Shown in pieces: positions 9,167 to 18,560 of a stretch of DNA of 44,350 bases; the stretch's first letter is position 1; each line of letters opens with the position of its first letter. The notes beneath the pieces were generated by a model. That model did not search any database and was not told the DNA's origin. It was given only the letters and a program-made list of their open reading frames with translations. The DNA comes from an uncultured bacterium (GTDB taxonomy: Bacteria > Chlamydiota > Chlamydiia > Chlamydiales > SM23-39), in assembly GCA_964450765.1 (NCBI GenBank), contig CAYVDU010000001.1:1-44350 (forward strand), read 5' to 3'. The position numbers and the translations under genes were made by a program.

Positions 9167-10253
9167 ATTGCCTTACAAAGTGATCCAAATTGAAATCGTT
9201 CACCACCCGTCTTCGACTTTCCCGGCCCATTTCATCTAACCGCTCAAAGTTGTTTAATGAAGCGATTACCTCTTTTTTAAATGTGTCCTCGTCATTGAGC
9301 TGGAACAAGGTTCCATTTGATTGATCAACCAGTTTGCTATTTCCACCCACATCCGAGGCGATGATTGGAAGTCCGCATGCCATCGCTTCTAAAATCGTCA
9401 TGGGAGTTCCCTCGCTCAAAGAGGTACAAACATATAAATCAAATAAGGGGAGTATTTTCTCAACCCAGTTTGATCTTCCCATAAAAACAACTTTGGGGGA
9501 GACACCGATTTCATCGGCATATCTTATTAATTGTTCTTTACTTGGACCGTCGCCCACGATCAGAACCTTACACTCTGGAATCGCTTTACAAATGTCCCGC
9601 AAACAACGGATGAGAAAATCCAAATTTTTAACCGGATCGAGGCGACACACGGTGCCTAAAACTTTATCTCTTTTACTTAGTTTCGCCGTAATCCGAAGCT
9701 GTTCTTTTTCATCCGGACTAACGGGTATAAATTTGTCAGTATCAACGCCGTTAATGATGGTGGTCAATTTTCTTCGGCTTATTTTTACTTCAGATGCCAA
9801 ATACTCCGTCAGACTGTCAGACACCCCCACCACACGGTTCATTGCTAACGAGGACAAACGGTCCTCCCATATTGCCGACCTTTTATCCGGAACGAGTCTT
9901 CCGTGGTCCGTATGGATAACGCCTATTACCCCAGCGGCCTTCCCAGCGAGTGCTGCATAGAAAGAGCAGCCATTCTGTGAATGGATAATATCGATATTCT
10001 CTTCCTTCAGGAAGCGGCACAATCGCTTAAAAAGTCGGCCATCAAAAATACCGGGTCTTCTTTCGAGAATGCAGCTCTTGATCGAGGTTAGATCTAACTG
10101 ATCGTAAAACAGACCCCCACGGTCTAAGCAACAAAGATAAGGAGTAAAGTGTTCTTTATCGATCCGATTGATTAATAGATGGACAATCCTTTGCAGCCCC
10201 CCTAGATCCATTTCTAAAACCAAATACATCACTTTTATCTTTCTAGAGCGCAT
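9102..10253 (-). CDS. Glycosyltransferase, GT4 family
   Basis: 383 aa. VMYLVLEMDLGGLQRIV, then CTSLSEGTPMTILEAMACGLPIIASDVGGNSKLV. Its 3' end overlaps the next GT4 gene out of frame. Confidence 0.8.
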   Translation of the reverse strand: MRSRKIKVMYLVLEMDLGGLQRIVHLLINRIDKEHFTPYLCCLDRGGLFYDQLDLTSIKSCILERRPGIFDGRLFKRLCRFLKEENIDIIHSQNGCSFYAALAGKAAGVIGVIHTDHGRLVPDKRSAIWEDRLSSLAMNRVVGVSDSLTEYLASEVKISRRKLTTIINGVDTDKFIPVSPDEKEQLRITAKLSKRDKVLGTVCRLDPVKNLDFLIRCLRDICKAIPECKVLIVGDGPSKEQLIRYADEIGVSPKVVFMGRSNWVEKILPLFDLYVCTSLSEGTPMTILEAMACGLPIIASDVGGNSKLVDQSNGTLFQLNDEDTFKKEVIASLNNFERLDEMGRESRRRVVNDFNLDHFVRQYEELYRAVYEGTKTNPSFTFN

Positions 10254-10256
10254 CTC

Positions 10257-10673
10257 CTAACTACCTCCAAATTCGGATGGAAGTAGGATAATAGAGAAGG
10301 TGAGATAAACAAAGGTGGTGTGGCGTTCAACGCAATAATCCCAGTGGGTAATGACCCGCTTAATTTTTTTGAGCCAAGCCAAAAGGAGCAAGGGCCGACC
10401 ATCCTGAGTGGGGGGCTTATTATGGTTGGGTTGGTGCGGCGAGATCAGTCTGATCCCTTCGACAGCGAGGTTCTGATCAAGTGGATCGCTGTTGCAGGCA
10501 CGATCCCAGATTATTCGTCGGGGGCGCCCCACGGTGAGGGTTTCATCAATGATGGTCTGGACAGGGGTGACTTTATCTGGAAAAGTAGAAGCCGTCCTTG
10601 CGGCGAGTGGAAGGCCTGCAACGCTTGCAATGATCATATCCGTCGTCCCCTTGCCCCACCTGCTTTTCCCCAT
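10257..10673 (-). pseudogene. Remnant of an IS5/IS4-type DDE transposase (C-terminal part only, corrupted)
   Basis: GLPLAARTAS...GRPRRIIWDRACNSDPLDQNLAVEGIRLISPHQPNHNKPPTQDGRP...AWLKK...THWDY...LTFSIILL follows the DDE_Tnp_1 pattern (GRPRR..D.aYDS..L...L...GI.LI.PhR.N.....DGR...W.VER.FAWLK.fRR...RYE). The N-terminal third is missing and the region around the catalytic E is scrambled. It is clearly GC-richer than its neighbours. Confidence 0.6.
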
Positions 10674-10782
10674 TTTGGAGCCTCTTTTTTAGACACTGAG
10701 TGCCGTTGATGGATCGTTTCGCTAGATCGATTTGTGCACACGACTCCAAGTTTTTGAAGAAGTGCTCTCCTCAGCAAGGTGC

Positions 10783-12243
10783 TTAAACAGGCACACTCTC
10801 TTCCGAGAGCTTTTGAGGTTTTTTCATCAGTTTTTTCAAGACCAATAATTCTGATGAATTAAATGTTTTCAACATAAAAATCGCCAAGGTGTAAACGACG
10901 GCGCCGACAAAAATAACGGCAAAAATGTTATATTCCCCAAGCAAATAAACCACTCCGGACATGACAGATGCAGCGATGACTGGCTTTAAGTAATTATGAA
11001 AGAGGCGAAGGTTTTTTATATCTCTATTCAAAAAATAATAACCCTGTCCCAATCCAAACAGAATGCAAAAAACAGATGTAATCGCTGCACCGATATGACC
11101 GTAGAGGGGAATCATGAACGAGTTCAATACGACATTTACGATTAAGGAAAAGACGTTTAGCCACATTAATATTTTTACCTTTCCGACTGCGGCGAGCCCA
11201 TAACCGAAAGGATCCCGTATAAAACCAAAACTGATCCCAACGGAGATGATTCTTAAAACAATAACCGAATTTTCATATTCTGGTCCAAAAACAAGGTTGA
11301 TAATTTGAGGCGCCAAAATAAAAGTTCCAGCGCTAATTGGGACGCCTATGATCGTTAAAATCTTAATTGTAAAGTTACAGGATCTTCTGAGTTGATCGAT
11401 CGATTCAGAGTATTGCCTTGCAAATAACGGATACGTTACAGAGGAAACCGCTTGTGGAATAATAAATAAACCAAAAAACAAGTCATTGGCTGCTGCCGAG
11501 AACCACCCAACAGCCATATCTCCCTTGAGTTTTGAGAGCATAATAATATCTATTTTGAAAAACAGAGTGGCGATTATTCCAATCGTCAAGAACGGAAAGG
11601 CGTCCACAAGGGTTTTTTTAAGAAAAGGAAAGTCGATTGTAAAATCGAGCCTTCCAAAATTTTTTATTAAAATGAGATAAGCAACGATAAAACCGATGAA
11701 TAAAGTCAGCACTTTTGAAAAGATAATTTCTATCAGAGTGCCATTCCAATAAGCTAAAAATGCGACAAAAACAAGACCAACGATGCCATTAACTATCGTA
11801 ACGATGGAGGCATATTCCATCCTCTGAAACCCTTTGAAGGCGGAAGAGATGGAGTTGGTCAGTGTATTAAAGATGATATGAAACGAAAAAACGGCAGTAC
11901 ACAAGATAATCTCTTTGGGGTATCCCATTAAATAGACCATGAGAATTAAAGAGATCATACTGAAAAAGCTGAGAAGCGGCTTGGTAATAAAACTTGCAGC
12001 GATATATTTGGGAGCAAGGGTGTAATCCTGCGCGACGTCTCGGATGATTAGATCATTAAGGCCGAAATCCGAAATAATGGTAAAAATATAAGCCAGTGAC
12101 ACTACCAAAGAGTACTTTCCGTAATCCTCAGGGCCAAGATACCTTGCTAAAATAATTGCGGTGGCCATCCCCAAGGCTCTACCGAAAACATCTCCGAATA
12201 GCACAACCACGAAGTTTTTTAATATACGCCGATGGGAACTCAT
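10783..12243 (-). CDS. Wzx-type polysaccharide/oligosaccharide flippase (MOP superfamily)
   Basis: 486 aa polytopic membrane protein. N-terminus KNFVVVLFGDVFGRALGMATAIILARYLGPEDYGKYSLV is typical of the Polysacc_synt family. Confidence 0.8.
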   Translation of the reverse strand: MSSHRRILKNFVVVLFGDVFGRALGMATAIILARYLGPEDYGKYSLVVSLAYIFTIISDFGLNDLIIRDVAQDYTLAPKYIAASFITKPLLSFFSMISLILMVYLMGYPKEIILCTAVFSFHIIFNTLTNSISSAFKGFQRMEYASIVTIVNGIVGLVFVAFLAYWNGTLIEIIFSKVLTLFIGFIVAYLILIKNFGRLDFTIDFPFLKKTLVDAFPFLTIGIIATLFFKIDIIMLSKLKGDMAVGWFSAAANDLFFGLFIIPQAVSSVTYPLFARQYSESIDQLRRSCNFTIKILTIIGVPISAGTFILAPQIINLVFGPEYENSVIVLRIISVGISFGFIRDPFGYGLAAVGKVKILMWLNVFSLIVNVVLNSFMIPLYGHIGAAITSVFCILFGLGQGYYFLNRDIKNLRLFHNYLKPVIAASVMSGVVYLLGEYNIFAVIFVGAVVYTLAIFMLKTFNSSELLVLKKLMKKPQKLSEESVPV

Positions 12244-12326
12244 CGTTGTGTCTATTTTCCGCTAAGCTGATTGATAATCTAACGCCATAAGTCCAGTAGA
12301 GTCTCTTAACTCTGGAGCTTTGCTCT

Positions 12327-14066
12327 TCAGGTGGAGTTCTTCATTTTGTATATTTTGATCACAGGGCCGCTTCTCGTTGCGGAAGGGCTAAATGTTTTTA
12401 CTAGGGTGAAGCTGCGATCCAAAGAGTCATAAAAGTCGGCCGATTTTGGATATTTTGCTCTCCATAGGTTATCCTTAATTCGATAGTCGAAGTCTTCGTT
12501 ATGGATGAAATAGTCATAACCATTATCTATGTAATAACTCACCGTTTCAATTTTTCGTCCCAATTCAGTTGTCGTAAGATCATAAGTTATTTCAGGCATA
12601 TTTTTTAATAACAACTCAAAATAAATTGAGGAGTAAGAATCGACTATTTTGACAAGGGGAGAATCAAATGTTTCCCCTTCCTTCAAGTTTTTAATAATTT
12701 CTAATTGTGACTCAAGTTTTTCTCGAGTCTGATTCAACCTGGGACCCGCAGTGATGATTGTCCTGCCGGCATCGATTAGGATTTTACTTCCTGATGGGAT
12801 GTTTTCCTCTATCCATTTCTTTGAAGTCTTACTGGTGTTTTCTTCGGTTAAGGATGCAACATATTTTATTGAGTTGGTTGCAGAATGGACCGACAGAAAG
12901 ATGGAGACTGTAAATAAGATTGCCGCTCTCTGAGAAAGGGATAGCGCGAGTTTACTAATATGGGTTTCAAGAAAACGGGCTGTTAATAAAAAAAGCGCTG
13001 GAAGCAGCGTCATTAAATATCGATCTTGAATCAAAAAGTCGGTGCTGGCAAGAATCATAAAAATGACAATGATAAAAAGTATAAGGGTATAATCCCAATC
13101 CTCTCGTTTATATAGGGCATAAATAAGACTAGCAATCATGACCAAAAAGAGTGGCAATCCAAATTCACGGTTCATCAGGAGAAGATAGGTGTAATAACCG
13201 TTTCCATCGATGGCATAAGGGACTTCTTCATATACATTTGTATAAACACCGTACTGCCAGATGAAGTGCATGAGCCATTGCTTAAAACCGATGATCATTG
13301 CGGGATTGCTGATGATTAACCCCAGTACAAAGCCTGCTGTCGAATAAAATATTTCTTTGGACCAGGCATACTCGCTGATCTTTCGTCCATTCTTTCGGCA
13401 TTTGATAATGTGTGTTACCAAAAAGATAATACCGATTCCAACCCCCATGATTTTCATATTGATGGTAACAGCACCGAAAAAGGCTGCAATCGCATAGTCC
13501 TTTGGCAGTCCAAATTGATAAAAACAACAAATAAAATAAAATGACAGCAAAAAGAAAAAAGTAAGCGGGATGTCCGTGTTCACAAGATGTGAAGTCCAGA
13601 CGTGAACCGAGCTTACGGTAAAAAAGGTGGCTGCGATGAGGGCAACGCGGCCATTATAGATTTTTCTCCCGATTGAATAAACCAATACAATTGAAAATGT
13701 CCCCATTGTCGCGCTGGTAAACCGGCCGATCAGAAAGAGTGGTTCCATATCCCTGATGATTTTTGCGGCAAAATCGATGGGGCTTTGAAAAATCTGAAGA
13801 AGATAGCCGATGACAAAGTAGATCCCATATTCGACTGCCAAGATATTTTGGAACCCTTTTTTCCACCATCTATTTAGATTGAACTTTCCCGATGCGACTC
13901 TGAGTGCTTCAATTACTTCATTATATTCATCGGTATTCTCGGCATTCTGTAACCCGTAATATCTCAGAATGATACCAGACAACAAAACAACCAAGAAAAT
14001 TCTCGTTGTTTTGTCGGTTTTCAAAAAATGAACCCAATCCCGAATGACTTCTCCTTGCGATCTCAT
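12327..14066 (-). CDS. GT-C fold membrane glycosyltransferase (GT39/ArnT/PMT-like) with a C-terminal soluble domain
   Basis: 579 aa. About 12 TM segments, then a hydrophilic tail of about 190 aa. Acidic first-loop motif NTDEYNEV. Region LFLIGRFTSATMGTFSIVLVYSIGRKIY...ALIAATFFTVSSVHVW resembles the PMT_2/ArnT family. Confidence 0.7.
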   Translation of the reverse strand: MRSQGEVIRDWVHFLKTDKTTRIFLVVLLSGIILRYYGLQNAENTDEYNEVIEALRVASGKFNLNRWWKKGFQNILAVEYGIYFVIGYLLQIFQSPIDFAAKIIRDMEPLFLIGRFTSATMGTFSIVLVYSIGRKIYNGRVALIAATFFTVSSVHVWTSHLVNTDIPLTFFFLLSFYFICCFYQFGLPKDYAIAAFFGAVTINMKIMGVGIGIIFLVTHIIKCRKNGRKISEYAWSKEIFYSTAGFVLGLIISNPAMIIGFKQWLMHFIWQYGVYTNVYEEVPYAIDGNGYYTYLLLMNREFGLPLFLVMIASLIYALYKREDWDYTLILFIIVIFMILASTDFLIQDRYLMTLLPALFLLTARFLETHISKLALSLSQRAAILFTVSIFLSVHSATNSIKYVASLTEENTSKTSKKWIEENIPSGSKILIDAGRTIITAGPRLNQTREKLESQLEIIKNLKEGETFDSPLVKIVDSYSSIYFELLLKNMPEITYDLTTTELGRKIETVSYYIDNGYDYFIHNEDFDYRIKDNLWRAKYPKSADFYDSLDRSFTLVKTFSPSATRSGPVIKIYKMKNST

Positions 14067-14974
14067 TATATGGCGCGTGCCCCCTTTTTAAATTGGAATC
14101 TGGAAACAAACAAAGCGCCAATTAACCCTGGAATTAAGGTGTTAATTGAAAAAAGCAGAAAGCTTGCATTTGCCGCGGCTTCAGGCGCGATATCAAACCG
14201 GGAAAGTGTCAATATCGAGGTGCCTTCTCTAATACCTATTCCTCCAATGGTCAGAGGAAGGATATTGGTTAAGATAATAATCGGATAAACACACAGAACA
14301 TTGAAAAACTTGATTGCCGTAAATGAGTTAATTAACAAATAAAATTGGAAGATATCGATAAAGGAAGCAAGCAGTCGGAATAACAAGCATGAAATCAAAG
14401 CGCCCGCCGGAATACTGGCCATTCCTCCCAGCATCCCCTGGAGCTTCTCTTTAAACGGCAGAAAATGCAGAATTCTCCCAATAAAAGACAAAAAGAACTT
14501 GGGGGAGAATATAAAAAAAAATCCGGTCAATACGGCTAGAGCGAGGAGGAAAGCAGGCAGGTATCCCAAAAAAACAAAAACACTCCCAATCCCCAACGCA
14601 AGAGTCACTTCCAAGTCGATCAATCTATCCACGAACGCGATCCCCACCAACCTCCCAGCACGTCCATCTCGAATAAAGGCGACACGTCCAAACTCTCCCA
14701 CCCGCCCAGGCGTTAAAAGGCCCAAAGATAATCCACCTAGAAATGATACCAATGCTTCCTTATAAGTCGCATTTTTTGCTTCATGCCGAATCATTCCATA
14801 CCATTTTCTGCTTCCAACAAATACAACCAGAGGAAAACAAAAAAAGGCAAATAAAAATAGATACGGATTGATCGTTTCTATGGTCCTTACAAATCTTTCC
14901 AGGCCGATCTTGCTGACAATAAATCCTACAATTGAAACGGTAAGGATAATTTTTAAGGAGCGTTTAATAGTCAC
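14066..14974 (-). CDS. Lysylphosphatidylglycerol-synthase-TM-region-like (flippase-like, UPF0104) membrane protein
   Basis: 302 aa with about 8 TM segments. Motif LGLLTPGRVGEFGRVAF is typical of this family. Its stop overlaps the GT-C start (TAATG). Confidence 0.55.
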   Translation of the reverse strand: MTIKRSLKIILTVSIVGFIVSKIGLERFVRTIETINPYLFLFAFFCFPLVVFVGSRKWYGMIRHEAKNATYKEALVSFLGGLSLGLLTPGRVGEFGRVAFIRDGRAGRLVGIAFVDRLIDLEVTLALGIGSVFVFLGYLPAFLLALAVLTGFFFIFSPKFFLSFIGRILHFLPFKEKLQGMLGGMASIPAGALISCLLFRLLASFIDIFQFYLLINSFTAIKFFNVLCVYPIIILTNILPLTIGGIGIREGTSILTLSRFDIAPEAAANASFLLFSINTLIPGLIGALFVSRFQFKKGARAI

Positions 14975-15127
14975 CTGGAATACTCATGATGTAATAACAG
15001 GATAGATAGCGTTTTGCCCACTCCAAGAGTGAAACATTCGACCATTTTTGCCACTTCGTTACGAAATACCCCTTCCTCTTCCTCGCCTAATCTCAGTATA
15101 GTGATGAGAGCCTTTGATAATTACAAG

Positions 15128-16069
15128 CTAAAGTAGTTCCCTGATCTCATAGTGACTTTCCGCTTTTTTATGCAAATTGATCAGTAATTCACTCAAAAGT
15201 CCGATTGAAAAAAATTGGATCCCTAAAATAATGCTCATGAGAGACAATCCAAACAGAAAGGGCGTATTTTGAATCAGTATACCAAATAAGAACTTGGCAG
15301 CGTAGAGCCCGAGGATGGCTGTTGATCCGAGCATCAACAGCATCAGACCCAACGTCCCAAAAAAGTGGAGAGGTCTCTTGTAATAATTGGTCAAAAATAA
15401 GATTGTAAGCAGATCAAAAAAACCTCGTAAAAATCGCTCAAGCCCGAATTTTGACTTCCCGTATATCCTTGGAAGATTTTCGACCCTGACTTCCCCAATT
15501 TTATATCCCCGTCTTTTTGCTAATACAGGCAAAAACCGATAGAGCTCGCCGTATACCTCATCCGGATCGATTACGCCATTTTTAAAGGCCTTAAATGGAC
15601 AGTTAAAGTCATGTAGGGTTAATCCGTTCGCTCTTCTCACTACAAAATTAAATGCCTTAGAGGGCCATGCCCGGTAAGGATTCCCCTTTCCTTTATACTT
15701 CCAGCCTGATACATAGTCATAACCGTCATCGATTTTATCAAGAAATTTTTTCATCTCTGCGGGGTCATCTTGGAGATCCCCATCCATCGTGATAATGATG
15801 TTCCCTTCTGCATAGCGAATCCCTGCAGAATAGGCCGCCGCTTTTTGAAAGTTGCGTCTAAAGATAATGCATTTGATGTTCTTGCTAGTATTCTTGAGCT
15901 TTTTCAGTTCAGATTCGGTATTATCCGTGCTGCCGTCATTGATGAATATCACCTCATATTTTTTCCCCAGTTTTTTGGCTTCTTGCTCTATTCTTGCGTA
16001 TAAAGGGGCAATATTTTGCCCTTCATTAAAGACGGGAACGAGTATTGAAATTTCCGGTTTCTGTTCCAT
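15128..16069 (-). CDS. GT2 polyprenyl-phosphate glycosyltransferase (GtrB/ArnC/DPM1-like)
   Basis: 313 aa. ISILVPVFNEGQNI, INDGSTDNT and ITMDGDLQDDP (DxD), plus two C-terminal TM helices. Confidence 0.8.
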   Translation of the reverse strand: MEQKPEISILVPVFNEGQNIAPLYARIEQEAKKLGKKYEVIFINDGSTDNTESELKKLKNTSKNIKCIIFRRNFQKAAAYSAGIRYAEGNIIITMDGDLQDDPAEMKKFLDKIDDGYDYVSGWKYKGKGNPYRAWPSKAFNFVVRRANGLTLHDFNCPFKAFKNGVIDPDEVYGELYRFLPVLAKRRGYKIGEVRVENLPRIYGKSKFGLERFLRGFFDLLTILFLTNYYKRPLHFFGTLGLMLLMLGSTAILGLYAAKFLFGILIQNTPFLFGLSLMSIILGIQFFSIGLLSELLINLHKKAESHYEIRELL

Positions 16070-16109
16070 TTTTTCTCCTTATCTGATATTACAATCGCTG
16101 GCAGATATT

Positions 16110-17465
16110 CTAAGCAAATTGTTGGTCTCCCAAGAAAGCCGGTTTTTGATTGGACACGATCTGATTCATTAAAACTTTTTTCTTATAGTTCCCCAACATC
16201 ACTGCGAGAGAACACATGAGCCAAAATTGAGGATAATACAATACCGTCAAGAAAGTACCGCTTGCCAGAAATCCAATCATTCCGCAGAAAAGCCCCATTC
16301 TTAGGGCGTGATATGTTTGCAGTTCTTGATTTGTAGAATCTGCTGTCATTTTCAATTGCCTTTGTCTCTCAGAAGAATCAGGTAAAATACGGATCAATCT
16401 TTTATCAAAACGGAGTTCCTTAAAAAACCGATACAGTATTATTGTAAATAGAACCGCTCCCACTGATCCAAGTTCAGAAAGCAGGGTGAAATACAATGAA
16501 TGACAAACTCTCCCCCATGCTCTGCTAACACCGCTAATCCGCTCATCAGTTACTGCTACTTTAGTCTCCGTATATTCAGGAAGCCATACCCCGAAGTTAT
16601 TTACACCCACCCCAAGAATGGGATTATCAAGATACATATTAAATGCGACCTTCCAGAAAAAAAGACGTGCCGCCCCTGTCCCCGTACTCTCTTGAGTTCC
16701 CTCTAATATTTGTGAAGCTTCCCCCCAAAAACCCTTAGGCGCAAATAGACCCAACCCGATGATGACCATTAGAACGATGAAAGCTGACTTCAGTTTGTTA
16801 AACGGCAACTTCAACCATATAAAGAACAATACTGCCACTAGTCCAACAATACCTCCCCTGGAACCTGATACAACAATGGAGGTTAGAAAGATCACAGACA
16901 AAACAGAGTAGAATATTTTTTTGAGTTTGTTCTTTTCTCCCAGTGCAAGAAAAATTGTTAGGGGCAGAAGGATATTCATAGCCAACGCAAGATCATTTTC
17001 ATCTGAAAAAACAGTAACCCCTTTCGCACTGCCTCCCTCTCTAATACTTATGATTGCGATGAAGGCACTGCCTAGAATAAAGACATTGAAAATAGAATGG
17101 ACTTTTCTTTGATTGTCCGCGAAGGTAATTGTTGCCAAATAGATAATGAATAAAAAAAACATACCCCTAATGGTATCCCTTGGTAATCCATTATTTCTTG
17201 CAAAGAGACTCGAGACGATCATCAGAATTAAAAAAAAGAAAAAATATTTTGTGATTGGGTGATCAACCTTTTTATTCGCAACCGAGAGCCACGCTAAAAA
17301 CAAAATTAAATGAAGCACTGTAATAGCAGGGGCGATAAATTTTAATCCGGGAATCGTCCATTCCGGCTTAAAGGAAATGAAGAACCACAATAGATAGAGG
17401 AGGTAAAAAGGCGCCTTTGTAGTTGCTTTTACCTGTTTTATTTCGTTGGTTGTGACAGCTCCCAT
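16110..17465 (-). CDS. O-antigen ligase / Wzy-like polymerase family membrane protein
   Basis: Polytopic protein with a Wzy_C-like segment SGSRGGIVGLVAVLFF and a large loop. The track ORF starts at a TTG at 17624; I prefer the ATG at 17465 (MGAVTTNEIKQ...) just before the first TM helix. Confidence 0.7.
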   Translation of the reverse strand: MGAVTTNEIKQVKATTKAPFYLLYLLWFFISFKPEWTIPGLKFIAPAITVLHLILFLAWLSVANKKVDHPITKYFFFFLILMIVSSLFARNNGLPRDTIRGMFFLFIIYLATITFADNQRKVHSIFNVFILGSAFIAIISIREGGSAKGVTVFSDENDLALAMNILLPLTIFLALGEKNKLKKIFYSVLSVIFLTSIVVSGSRGGIVGLVAVLFFIWLKLPFNKLKSAFIVLMVIIGLGLFAPKGFWGEASQILEGTQESTGTGAARLFFWKVAFNMYLDNPILGVGVNNFGVWLPEYTETKVAVTDERISGVSRAWGRVCHSLYFTLLSELGSVGAVLFTIILYRFFKELRFDKRLIRILPDSSERQRQLKMTADSTNQELQTYHALRMGLFCGMIGFLASGTFLTVLYYPQFWLMCSLAVMLGNYKKKVLMNQIVSNQKPAFLGDQQFA

Positions 17466-17822
17466 TAGCGATATCTCAATATAAGAAGTAAGAAGTAAGG
17501 GAAACTTTTCTTTGAAAGTCTCTCGCTGGCCCCACAAATCCGGTTCTTCGAAAACCTGAAGGGTAGACGTTTTTGAGGAACGATTGCCCCGGTCTGAGGT
17601 AGCAACTCCGAGCCGGATGGCCAATGACCTTTCCCGCTCCAGCGTCGTCGAGGTTATGCGTTTTGAGTAACATTTGGTCCGACCGATGATGTCCTATCGG
17701 TGGATGAGAAACCAGGCCCTCACAAAAGTTAAAGATCGCCGGCCGGGGTCACAGAAGCGATATCAGCGGATCGTTAATCATGAAATAGAGCACTGAGGTA
17801 AGTTAAAGAAATTTTTTACAGA

Positions 17823-18539
17823 TCACGCCATCTTTTCGATATCTCTTGCAACAGGTCTTGCCGGGTTGCCAGCATAGATCGAATTTTCCATTACATCTTT
17901 TGTAATCACCGACTGTGCCGAAATAATAGAGTTGTTACCGATCGTTACACCTTTTAGAATGACGCAATGAGCGCCAATCCAGACATTATTCCCAATCCTA
18001 ACGGGTCGGACTTCCTCTTTTTCAACAGGCATCTTTAAAATCCGTTTCTGAGGATCAATGGGGTGGTCATTGCTATCCATGATGAGACAACCTGGAGCGA
18101 TCAAACAATTGTCCCCGATGCTCACTTCCTTTGTGATGCTGATTGTTGTGCCATAACCTAAAGAGGTGTTACTTCCAATCTTGAGAACAGGCTCATCAAA
18201 GACCTTGCTTGCTCCGAAAGTAGACCTTCCAATACTGACATTATCTCCCACAAATATTTTTAGATGATTCCCCTCAATAAAGGGTATTCCATTTGGTAGC
18301 CGTAGGCTCTTGCCGACCCTTTCGCACCGCGCTTTAAATAAAGGGATTGCCCAAAACACACTAATAAACCATCTGATCCCTTCCTTCATAAAAAAGTCGA
18401 AATAATAAAGGGGAAGATGAATCGGCTTGAAGCTCGGCATATTAAAACGGATGACCGACTTGCCTAGAGCGTAAAGGAATGAGTAAAAAGGATTTTCCTT
18501 TCGTTTAATTTTCAGGATAAAATGGCTCAACATTTTCAA
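17823..18539 (-). CDS. Hexapeptide-repeat (left-handed beta-helix) O-acetyltransferase
   Basis: 238 aa. Repeated [LIV]G-x4 hexapeptides: IGDNCLIAPGCLIMDSNDH, IGNNVWIGAHCVILKGVTIGNNSIISAQSVI. Confidence 0.8.
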   Translation of the reverse strand: MKMLSHFILKIKRKENPFYSFLYALGKSVIRFNMPSFKPIHLPLYYFDFFMKEGIRWFISVFWAIPLFKARCERVGKSLRLPNGIPFIEGNHLKIFVGDNVSIGRSTFGASKVFDEPVLKIGSNTSLGYGTTISITKEVSIGDNCLIAPGCLIMDSNDHPIDPQKRILKMPVEKEEVRPVRIGNNVWIGAHCVILKGVTIGNNSIISAQSVITKDVMENSIYAGNPARPVARDIEKMA

Positions 18540-18560
18540 CTTCCCGATTTTAAATCCGTT

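Noticed and set aside
9334-9960. Plus-strand ORF of 208 aa.
   Set aside because: It is antisense to a GT4 glycosyltransferase with clear motifs and shows no motif of its own. The same reasoning rejects 18913..19374, 30984..31454, 35475..36077, 21199..21609 and the other long antisense or alternate-frame ORFs inside the EPS genes.
16110-17624. Full 504-aa version of the Wzy-like ORF, and the 349-aa version of the NadE-like ORF (26979..28028).
   Set aside because: The N-terminal extensions start at TTG and GTG codons. They are hydrophilic and unrelated to the families, and for NadE the extension lies inside the upstream ligase gene. Internal ATGs at 17465 and 27965 fit better.
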